Positions 1 to 11,333 of a stretch of DNA of 64,000 nucleotides are shown piece after piece. The notes under the pieces were generated by a model. That model did not search any database. It saw only the letters and a list, made by a program, of their open reading frames with translations, and was not told where the DNA came from. A program made the position numbers and the translations under genes. Every line of letters starts with the position of its first letter. The stretch's first letter is position 1. The stretch comes from Leptogorgia sarmentosa (Eukaryota): positions 310,001 through 374,000 of the forward strand of contig OZ210886.1 of assembly GCA_964658305.1 (NCBI GenBank). The letters run 5' to 3'.

Positions 1-3000
1 AGATTTAGGAATTCAATCGCTGGGTTATAGACTGGAAATTCTGGTAAGTTTTTATCCTATTACTTAAATTGAATATAATAAAACGTAGACTATATTAAAA
101 CATTGTTTCCCTGTTGCAACAGGATCAAATTTCAAGGTTGCAGAACGAGAATGATCTAATGCTACATTTTCCTCCATTGGAGAAAGTAAGAATGATTTAT
201 GCAAATACAAAACATGATCACGAAAATTTAATTTATTGATTGTTAAATGTGTTTTCCATTAGAAAAATTTGTTCATGCGAACAGAAAAATTCGATGTTTC
301 GTATTTTATCCCCAATCAATCAAGTTGCTGAATTCTTGTTTTCCCGTCAATTCGCAAATTGGCCCAGTGGAAAATGTTGACTCTACTGACGCTATGTTAT
401 AGGGTGAAGAAGTTGGTGATGAGCGATCCCAGAAAATGATCACCTTAACGTTAATGTTTGGGAATCATTGCCGCATTGGCAGAACAGAGCAGGTTTGAGA
501 AATTGGACCTATTTGGATGGACTTGATCTGAAGAAAACATGAATTAGTGTCATCTTGAAAAATATGAACAAATTCAGTGTCTCAGCCCAAGGGCCTTCGT
601 ACCTATTGAGCGCAGGGGCGGCGGAACATATTCTATTTTCGGGGGGCTAAATTTAAAAATGTTTATCGTAGTTTTTGTCTAGGTGGAAACACAAACGGCA
701 TAGCGTGTAGTCACTGTAGTGATATCTCCTGCTTTGAAAAATTGTTCGAAATCTACAAAAACACGGATATCAGGATATGCAATTGTGCATAGTGCATACT
801 GTAGAGTGTAGATTATTTGATAATCTCATGACTCAGTGTCTCGCATTCTGACATTCTTTATGTATTTTTGGGGAGGCTAAGCCCCCCCACTTTTACTTCT
901 GGGGGGGCTTTTAGCCCCCTAGCCCCCCCTGTTCCGCCGCCACTGATTGAGCGTATTTTCTTAGCAAATATCTCAGTAATATCACGTGATTGTAGTGACT
1001 ATTAATTATGGTCATTTTTAGGACTGTAAATGGAAGATGTACGCAGACGTTGATGTGGACGGAGATGGTCCATATCTTTCCTACATCAAGGTATTTGAAT
1101 ATCTTGTTTCTAGAAACCTACAGTATGTGTACTGTATATATGTACAACTTACGTTATCAGTATAATGCGTTTAGAAATGTTAGTACTAGCGCGCGTTTAG
1201 GTTCGCCTAGCTTAACATTAACTTTGAGACAATGTATCACTTCAGAAAAGAACTTGTTGATTCTTACTGAAAATTGGCCTTTCGAGCTCTATATCTTGTT
1301 GCGATGACATAATATCAACTGATTTCTTTTTTTTCTACAGGATGTTACATTTAATTTTTGCTCTTCTGATCCAATTGTCCTAAAGAACGTGAGTACAATA
1401 CGGAAAAAATGACGTCACGAGGCTACTCGCTGAATACTAATTAGTTGGAAAAAAACGGTGGTTCTAACTCGCTTGATAAAACCACGAGTGTTCATGAACT
1501 GATTGGTTTTTAAAATGAGCCCGCGTCTGCATATTACAAACACTCAGCTTCAGCACATGTTGTAGCTTATTTATTTCAAAAATGTTGTTCCAGCCACCGT
1601 ACGTTATGGAACATTGGCAAAGGTGCGAAGAACAACCTTCCACTGTTGTTGAATGCACTGTCAATTATGCGGTGAGTTGTATCACCTTATTATGTAGATA
1701 CTGTTTCTAATAACACTCGTTAGTACAATTATCAAATCACTTGCAACGTATAGTGCATGGGGTTATAAAATATCCGTTTCACTGTCATTGCTGACACTTT
1801 TTCGTCCTAGAAGAATTCGTCCACTCAGTCCTCTCGCATTGGAGAGCATTGTTCATTATTACATGATTAGTACGGGGAGAACAGTTTTTGTTCCAATCTC
1901 TCATCTCAGAGTTATTGCTCAGTTGTAAGGTCTGTTCTTCTCTTTAACTGTGTCACAAAGAACAGCGCATTTCTCTGTTTCCCAGTTCGTAAACTGAGAA
2001 GTAAATATAACATTAAGATATGTTATGATACGGTTCGAGTGAAAAACTGGTTTACGGCTTGCGGCACGTATGATGTGTACTGAATTTATATGTAGCGGAA
2101 ATACGCTATTTTCCTACATGCCGTAGATGGCAACATTTCTTTAATTTTCAGAACGATGTTAAGAAACCGCGATGTACAAAGTACACCCATCATGTTCAGC
2201 TTCAAGAAGGTGGTTCAACGTATCAACGTACTGTTGAATTGATGTTGAAACAATCTGCAGCTGGCGTTGTTAGACCTGTATCACCGTCATATTCCAACAG
2301 ATCAGTAAGTTTTAATTACCATACGAGCGGGTGTTAGAAACACTCCTTGCTTGGAAAATTGTGTAACTTTTCATATCGATCCTTATAGGATGTCTCGCTA
2401 GATTCATGGTCAAGTCATCGTAGTGTATCAAACACTGTTAGCTCAGCAACCTCAATACCTTTTCTCAGTGCTTGGGAACGAGGCAAAGCAAGTGAAATTC
2501 TATTCCAATCCACTGGGACGCGAGGTCTTGCAACAAGTGCTTTAAACACTGCAGCTGCTGCCACTTTAGTTCGTCGTACAAGCGGTGGCAGTTTGTCATC
2601 CTCGTCACGTGAGTGGAGCTTCTTGTCATTGCTGCTGTTGTTGTTGCCCTAGACCTTTCCTGGTTGTGCTTGTGTTGCACACCAGGGTTATTTTTTGAAC
2701 CACCGTTGCAGCAACCTCGTACTACCCAGGCTCTTCGCTCTGCCGTTGCAGTGGCTGAGAAGAAATGCACGCTAGACCGCTAACTAGGACTTTTTGTTTA
2801 GCCAAACCAGGTCCATCACCTTCTCATGCAAGAAAACCAAATGCAAGCTCTCCTCAGACACCTCCTTCACAAGGTACGAAAATGTTTAGATCCGTCAAGA
2901 CAACTCTCGTAAGATCTGTCAAACAACGAAGTGCAAAGAGCTCAGCAATCAACTATCCAGACAAAATTACTTAGACTTGTTTCATCCCTACATACCCCCT

Positions 3001-3715
3001 CCCCCCTGCCCGATTACATTAAATTCCATGCAAACTGCTTTCATTGACTGGGAGGAAAACAAAGGGAAATGCTTTGTAAGGGCTTGTGGTCTATAGTAAA
3101 AATGTCCACAAAAAATGACCAGGGGCCGGTTGTTCGTAACCGTTTAGCCTAAACGGCGGATAAGTCAGTTTTAAATCACACTCCCATTGCTCTTGTGAAA
3201 AACTAAGCATAAATTTTAAACACTAATTTTGTAGTTGTGTTCGTAAGTGTTCTTTCCAAACTGAAAAATTTTATTTTGATTGTTCAATGAACACACAGAC
3301 TTGCTTCACATTTCGGACTTATCCACCGTTTAAGCTAAACGGGCTACGAACAACCGGCCCCTGGATTTTAAAATTAAAGAACATGTTAAAATGAAGGGAT
3401 TTAATTTCAATCTTAGGAACTGAAAGTCCAGGTAGCAGTTCTCCTTTCGAATGGACATATGTAAAATCAAAACGAAAAGAAACCAGCCATATTGGTAACA
3501 AACATCCCGGGACAGGCACTATAGGTCATGGTCGCGGTGGAATTCACAGAAAGACTGGAAAGGGAGGTAATTCTGGGGGGACAACTCGCGGGAGAGGCCA
3601 AAATTTCAGATACGGTCGAAGTGTAAGTGACAATACAAGTAATCGCGGATCGAAGCAAAATGACTTTGATTCTTTCAGAAAGACAGCTAGCGAGGGTGGT
3701 GGTCGCAGGAGGTAA
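1..3715 (+). CDS. MAP3K20: MAP3K20/ZAK-alpha (3' part: end of SAM domain, YEATS-like region, C-terminal tail); 5' end lies outside the window
   Basis: GT-AG exons <1-43, 123-185, 403-492, 1022-1090, 1341-1388, 1594-1671, 2152-2304, 2389-2608, 2802-2873 and 3417-3715 splice in frame. They give DLGIQSLGYRLEIL (SAM), HFPPL, DCKWKMY, YIKDVTFN, PPYVMEHW, VECTVNY and C-terminal EWTYVKSKRK, matching remembered vertebrate ZAK-alpha motifs HFPPL/DCKWKMY/YIKDVTFN/PPFVMEKW/VECTVTY/GWTKVEYRKK. Stop TAA 3713-3715. Confidence 0.9.
613..945. mobile_element. hAT-type non-autonomous element (MITE) in MAP3K20 intron
   Basis: 16-bp TIR caggggcggcggaaca / tgttccgccgccactg (1 mismatch), flanked by a perfect 8-bp direct repeat attgagcg (605-612, 946-953). 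Confidence 0.9.
3120..3363. mobile_element. MITE in last MAP3K20 intron
   Basis: ~47-bp TIRs caggggccggttgttcgta..ccgtttagcctaaacggcggataagtc / gacttatccaccgtttaagctaaacgggctacgaacaaccggcccctg, with no coding capacity. A related one-ended fragment starts near 19184 (ggccggttgctcgaaag). Confidence 0.85.
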
Positions 3716-4340
3716 CACACATACGTTGGTCAACGCCGTATAAGCAATGGCCGTATTTGACTAACTTATATATAACAATCCAATCTCGAAAAGCAAAAAT
3801 CGAAAGCTTCTCAAGCTTTTTTGGGCGTTATTCTCAGTCCCCTGTACGCATTTTTTGCGCGTGATCAAGGAGCGTATGATTTGGACTGCGGCCATCCTTC
3901 TCAATTTTCCCAATCGGATGACATAATTATATTTGTAATAATTTTATTAAACAGTTGATTTTGAATAAAAACATGTTGATTTTGAATAAAAATTGTCATA
4001 TCGTGAGCATGTTCAAATAATGTTCGAAACCTATACTTGCACGTTGCTGAATGAAATTAGCTATGAACGAAGTTTAAATACTACGAGCTCTGAACTGAGC
4101 TTAATACATATCTGACTGAAGTAACGCCTAAGTAGACTAATCTCGCGATTTTAATACGACTTGCATGAAGACTTCTTACATAAGTCTTTTTAACAATAGA
4201 AATTATATATATCCTTTTTTAATACCAGTAAAAAAGTAATAACTTGCTACGACGATAGTAATTATCCATTACTACGGAAAGGATGGCAGCATGTCTACTT
4301 TACCAGAATGCATCAAAGAAATGATGCTGAAATAACTTTT

Positions 4341-7300
4341 TTATTTCATCAAATTGACCATCTCGGTGTTTTGGTCTGTTGGCACGTCGAAATTATTTTC
4401 CTCGTCCTCGTCGTAATACGGTAAGAATGGCATATACTTGGCAATCTTCCATTTGTTTGTAAAACCAAAAGGTAGATCATAAACATGTATGGATGCCACA
4501 TTCGAAGCTTCGCTATTTTTACCCTCCAAATTACGCCATTTTGTAATTCCACGTTCTTCAGCCGTACCAGGGATGGTATTGTCGAGAGTAAAAGCGATTA
4601 ATCCACCAATTGACATACTGGTACTTAACAACACGGAAATAACTTGATTTATTTCGGTCACTCCTAAATGAGAAAAGAGAATGAAGGTTTAACCAGAAAT
4701 TTGTTGAAATGTGAAATCACACTTTTGTAAATATTTTATTCTCTTAGAACTTTTAGCATCGATAAAACTAGAAACTGCTTAACCTGTGGTATAACCGAGT
4801 AATTATCAAGTATATTATAGAAAGGATTTTCAAAGCAACTTGCATGATACTACTGCGCAGTTCTTATATAGATCTCGTGTTTATTTTTTTCACGCTTACC
4901 GGTTTCGATTGCGCCAGGATTCTGTCTCATATAATCAGGAATGACCATACCCATAATGATTGAGAAACCAACAATGAAGAGATTTCGGACTGAATTAAGA
5001 TTGATGTACTGCAGGTTTGAGATTCCCACCGCAGTTATCAAACCAAACATACAACAGAAAACTCCACCAATCACAGGATCAGGAATTGTAGAAAATATTG
5101 CGCCAAATTTTCCAACCAGAGCCAGTGTTATTGTAAGTAATGCTCCAAACTGAACGACACGCCTGCTACCAACCTGCAGAAGGTTAACATCCTTTAAGGC
5201 CAATGTACCCGACATGACACATCCTATACGATGGTTTTTATTCTGCTGCATGCATGTAAAGAAGTCACATTTTAAGTTTCGCTGTTAACATTCGCGTTCA
5301 TTCGCGTTTTCCTTGCGGTAGAAAGGTAGAAAAATCTCTGGCACCCAAAGGCCCTGGGAACGAGGTTGCCTGGCGCCCAGGATACAGAATGACAATGGTA
5401 TAAGACAAGTCGACCATGATTTATCGTTTTTGTCTTATCATATATCACCCGTACTATTGACCGACTTAAAAACTATAGTTACCACAATTTTGCACTATTT
5501 TATATTTTATGTAAAATTACCAGAATTAGCTACTTTGGCTCGCTACGAGAATATACAATGGTATGATATTTTACTGCAAGAAAACTGTTTATCTTGAGGT
5601 AGTGCCTCACCTTCTTCGCTGATTGTTAAACAATGAATAATTTCGAAAACAGAGTGACAAAGTCTCTTAAAGAGTTTACAAGTTGGTTAATTCCTTGACG
5701 CTTGAGACAATGACAAAATTCTCGTAACCTACCTTTGTCGTACCAATCACTCCTATATTTTGGCTAAAGGAGGTTGTTGCATTTCCTGTACCAATAGCAC
5801 CGGCCAGAAAACAAGCCACGCCTTCCATACCAATCCCACGATTCATAGCGTGCGAAGGAGGTGTTGGTGCTCCAGAGAGTCTTGCGCATGCGTAATAGTC
5901 TCCAATAGACTCCAATATTCCAGCAATCACTCCTGAGCATATACCAAATACTCCAGCAACACTTACTGTTGGTGTTCCCCATTGCCCTGAGGTTAAAGTA
6001 GGTGAAAGATTACTAATGATTACTTCCCTTTGCCCATTTCAAAATTGACGCTTTACAGACAGGATTTTTATTATGGACAACACTAAACGGGAAAAGCTCT
6101 CTTGACATGTTCTTGCTCTAAGCCAACTAAAAATTATTATTATTTCCCATTTTTGTAAAATATTGTGGATCTTGTGTTTATTGATGGATGATATGGTAGT
6201 CCAATAATAATATTACCTGGATAAGGCACTCTGAACCATGATGACTCAGATAAAACGGAAGAACGCAGGTCTGTTCTTGCTCTTGAACCTGGTGGAATAT
6301 TACCAGTTGCGGTAAGTATTGCGCTCAAGATCCAGCCGCCTGCCACGGCGAATAATACCTTTGAAGAAACAGTAGAAATTGAAATTGAAATCAAGAAATT
6401 CTTGTTACTAAATAAAGTGATGATTGGATTGTAAACCTCGTTTGAACCTTTATAATTTTAAAAAAGGCGAATACTAGATAATGTAAATAGACCGTGTATT
6501 GCAGAGAACTAATCAAATTTTGCCTACCGGAAACAAAGAGAATATGGCTGCTCTAGTTATATGAAATCCTTTGGATTTGGAATATGCAGGCAGTGGGACT
6601 TTAACGTTGGCCAGAAACCGAGAGCAAATCACCAGAATAATGATTGTCCTGAAAGAAAAAACTTTTAGTGTATAGTTTAAGTCAAGACTAAGATTATAAA
6701 GAAACAGTAATTCGATACTGTGAAGTAATCTCGTGCAACTGTAACGAGTACCCTAACCCAGTTAAGACTAAGTATGTGATTGAGATGAAAAACTCATCTG
6801 ATAGTAACCACTTTTACTCACAGTGATGCGACTCCCCAATGAGCTCCTGCAAGAACAAGGATGAATTACATTTCAATTTGTCGAAGATCCCAGTTTCCTA
6901 TATTGGTCAAAATGTCTAGCTAATAAAGCGAGGTGCTTTTCATGAAAATCCCCGTAGGCTTGCTGTTTGTATGGTAGATTTAAATCAGCCTTACGTACCA
7001 GCATATTTTGACGAGACAGGAAACAATGACAAACCAATGCAAGTTATTGTGGGAGCAATAGTTATTGGGCCAATGAAACGAAGAAGAAAACCAATCAAAC
7101 CAGTAAAACCAATGATCATTTGAATTAAGGAGGCAACCATTATTGCTCCTTGGATCTTAAAAAATGTCAAATTACTGTCACTAAAAACTGCTTAATAAGC
7201 TAGGTAATTCGACTTGTCTCTCCAGGATTCTCAGGCAGTCAGGGCAAAGTGAATTAACAAATGGGTCTTTTACCTCTCTCATCCTTATCTTCCAGATTCC

Positions 7301-9174
7301 ATCAAAAGTGCTATTTGTAGGATCTAAATAGTGCGTTAAATTAGCAATTTATATAAAGGAACTCTATGATGAAAAAAGTTGTGCATTGAGACTTCTCCTT
7401 GTGACGAAGGAGACTAAACAAGAATCATGAACTTGTGTGCATAGGAGGTTTTATTTAAATACATCCAATCAAGAGTTCAGACGAAACTGACATTGGCCAA
7501 AAATAAGAACTTACTTTCTTTAAATCCCGGAGGACATCGGTATTGAGGTAAAGACATCAGAGCCAATGTTGGAGCTATGTAAGAAAACGTACTTCCTTGC
7601 ACAATTGGGAGTCTAGATATAGTAATAGAAAACGTAATTCGAATTTCGAATGACAGACAAATCGTAACGAAACAACATTTTTTATAAATGAAATAAATCT
7701 CAAATCGGTATGCCCTGGGGAGGATGGTCGATCACTTGTTTACACAAAAGAGAAGTGAAAAGATCGTCGTGAAACAAAATCGTCCTGTACGTACGCATTT
7801 TAAGTGACTTTTTATTAGAAACGTTTTTGAATTGGTTGAGTAAACCTTATTACGCATAATGACGTCATAAGAGGTGTTGCGTGTCGGGAATTCTAGCAGT
7901 CGAGTAACCACTAAGCTAGTAATCCCTTGCACTTCCCTTGTGACGTTATTGAAATCTCTAAATCTTGTACAAATCTTTTAGTTTTGAGGCATTTTCTGAA
8001 ATTGTCTGTTACTCAAAAATAATAACTGTGGAATTACCTATTCCCAAGACATGTTTGCATGAGTGTAGCAATTCCACTCATAAAAAATATGGTATTGATC
8101 AGTTGGCCAGTTACAACAGGGTCATTGACGCACATCACTGGTGCTAAAAGCAGTGGTACCGATAGCACACCACCAAACATCGCGAGATAGTGCTAGAATT
8201 TGGAAAGGAGGAATAGAATTTAGCTGATCTGACGGTGAGGCCTGAAAGTAGCTACCAAATAAAATACATCCGACATCGTGAAATCCATTTTGCTGTTTTG
8301 AATCAATTTAAGTAAATCTTTTATTTTCCTGTATGAAACTTGTGGAAATTTAGTAAACATGCTCAGAAATATGAAATAAATTATATTTCGTAATTATAAG
8401 GAATTCAGTACTTAGTTTAGATGGAAACTGAATGGAATTCTGTTTGGCCATTACGTTTAATTTCCGTTTTCTGATCATCTGCATGGATTAAAATATAAAT
8501 TGGAAATTCCAATGACGCAAAATACTTGCATGACACAGGTATAATAGAATTTATATACTGTGGGTCCAACAGTATATAATCTTAATTGAGTCTTTTAAGA
8601 CATCCTTAATCTCCTCCTTAATGGCATTTGCTTAAAACAAGTTATTCCGATGTTAATTTAGTTAGGATCTTGGTATGTTAGGGAAAAATAATTGAAAATA
8701 TATTTTATCAGCTTTTGTTTTTACTTGAGAAGCTAAGCGTTAAAGAAGATAGGAATTCTAAGGAGAGAAACGTAACACTTTCATACGCCTCTCGCACATT
8801 CTAGGATCATATAGATTTATATAAAAGCAAGATTGAAAAACGTAATTTTCTCTTTGGTGTGCTTCATCAAGCTCTTTAAGTAGTCTGCAGCGTATGCCGA
8901 CTGAGAAACCTCAAACGTTATATCTTTGGACAAACGTAAGTCTTGAGTGCGAGATAGCTAAGCTACTTGACCTATACAGAAAGTTTTTGTACCGCGGTAT
9001 GTGCAGTATGTAGTGCGCATGCTGAGCACAAACGAAGCATACCAATCTTGAGGCATACTGAGTTACCTGCAATCCCAGGAAAATTGACAAACCCCAAGGT
9101 GGATTTTGAGCAATATTGTAAGTAAGATCCAGGGTATTGTCATCTTGCTTCTCTCTTTCCACAGAATTTGACAT
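4341..9174 (-). CDS. SLC23-family nucleobase/ascorbate (NAT/NCS2) transporter, multi-exon
   Basis: Exons encode [21 protein letters not shown] (QH motif), [39 protein letters not shown], the NAT signature [18 protein letters not shown], and [13 protein letters not shown]. Includes a ~25-nt microexon near 6823-6847 (GAHWGVASL). ATG 9174, stop 4341. Confidence 0.93.
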
Positions 9175-9794
9175 GATGATATCCGAGTGAACTGACTTTA
9201 GTTGGTAATCTGTCAATGGTAGCAGTAAATTAGTATTTTGGTTTATTTTTTTTGGTCTTATGATTTACCACAGCATATAGGCAGTGAAGAACTACACATT
9301 CTATGGAAAAGCAATCTTGGCATCTGTAAACTTGCAAAAGGCGGCAATTATTTCAGCTGATTTTGCGACATGTTATTCACCTTGCAATCCGTTTGCCAAA
9401 ATTATAGAAATTCCTGACTTGGGTCCTATTAGGGTCCTGAACGGTTTAAAACATTGAAAATATCATTAGTTTTACGAATAACCTAAGACATATGCCTTTA
9501 CTTATTGAAGAAATGAAATCATTGAGTGAAATTAAATCCCTCTTGTAATAGTTACATGAAAACTGAACGTGACGCGAAGATAGATGAAATTAAAAGCACC
9601 TTTAACCCGTACATCTTTGTACATTGATGTTTAAACGACGCAGTGTGTGATTTCGTAGACTCAGTCTATGACTGTTTTTAAATATATTTACGATGTTGCG
9701 CACCTAGCTACTACTAAAGTTATCATGCAAGAACGCGCTAATACCTTTATAAGAAACAAATAAAATCTTTGTTTGTTTATCTACAAATAAAAAA

Positions 9795-10810
9795 AAGTTA
9801 TTTACCTTTTTAATTGACGTACAGAATTAGTGGCTCGGGTGCAGAAAATGAGCCACAGATTAGATATTCTAGCTAACGAGATTGATGTCTCACTTGTTGT
9901 CAGTCCCAGTGAAATTTGTTTTCTGCGATTTTTGGCGGATCACGAACACTGAATTACACATTCGACGAATCTTGCTCTTCCCATATGGTGGCGTGATAGG
10001 CACTTACAATGATTTTTGATATTTAATAATGCTGAAACATGATCTCTAATTCAGACCCTAAAACCATCCCTATGGCCATAATCCTATTGGCTGTCCGACT
10101 AATCCTACGAATATCTAATCCGTATATAGAACTGAGTTTCTTGCGAGAGATTTCGCCGTCGTGGAGTCAGACCCCAATACATGTCTTTTAATTGTTAAAG
10201 TAATTATATCAGTTGATTACAATTTTCATGTACCAGACCAGTATTAGTAAGATGAAAGCACCTGTTCTGTGATGTATATTTTTCTATGTATATTGACTCT
10301 CATCTGAAAGTAGGAGTTTTACAGGTACCAGCTCTCCTGCATCCGCACTTCAAGACATCGCACACATGTCGTCATTTTTGAGGAAAGTGTAAATGCCTGA
10401 GCAGGCGTCTTGTTCTATGTATAGTGCTGTTTTTAACAGAAAAAAGACTAGAAAGACGCAATGTGTGTGCGGTATGACCGTTGCCGCTTGTTGTACTCGC
10501 AATAAACACCTTTATATGCCATATTATACACAAAGAACCAAAACAAAATTTTAGTTTATTTATTTATTTATTTACAACTAAAAAACACATTTACCTTTAT
10601 GACGTACCAAATGACGTACAGCACTACAGTGGTCCAGACGCGAAAACAAATTAGACTATAGATATTCGAACCAGATGTCTCTCGCACGTAGTCAGTCTCG
10701 GTGAAATCCGCTTTCTACGATTTTTTGCGGATCACTGATCATGAATTACACATGCGGTGGCTCTTGCAGCTGCTCACTGCTCTTTCTGTGGTGGCGTGGA
10801 TATGACAGGC
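9795..10810. repeat. Degenerate direct duplication (~9795-10000 vs ~10585-10810) upstream of the SLC23 gene
   Basis: Shared blocks in the same order: atttaccttt, tgacgtacag, gatgtctc, gtcagtc..gtgaaat, tttct.cgattttt..cggatcac, tgaattacaca, ggtggcgtg. Confidence 0.75.
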
Positions 10811-11333
10811 ATTATGATATGACATATGTACTGATGCGACCATGGCATATACATACACAGCATTTTGAACGTTGGATATTCATTACGAGAAATGGGTGAA
10901 TATGTGTGTGTATATACAGACTTTGTTACATTTGATCTCTTTTTTTTAAAAGCGTCACCTAATCTACAAATAAGTAAATGTTACAAAATATTTACAGTTT
11001 ATCTAAGGCTGTTTTATCTGCCATCAAATCCATCACATAAAATACCGCCCGAGACTGCTGATGTTCTGCACGTTTGCAGATCACTGTTACCTGAACAGGC
11101 CCTGGTAGCCACGAATTTAACAAGTATAGGCTTAAAAGTTAAAAGAACCATGATTTGATTAGGAAACCCCAGTATATGACCTCTCGCTGGATTCATCTCC
11201 AGGTTCCCCTGCTCAAATTGCAGTAAAAACCTATGTCTTGCTCGGCATGCATGACAAGTAAATATGTAGGTATGAAGTGTTAAAATTCTAATCTAAGTGT
11301 TAAAATATTGGTATGTCCAAAACAGTAAAAACA

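Noticed and set aside
2465..2770. 101-aa minus-strand ORF
   Set aside because: Antisense to a MAP3K20 exon and intron; no recognisable motif.
3954..3992. Tandem duplication gttgattttgaataaaaa containing the MAP3K20 poly(A) signal
   Set aside because: Real but trivial slippage duplication.
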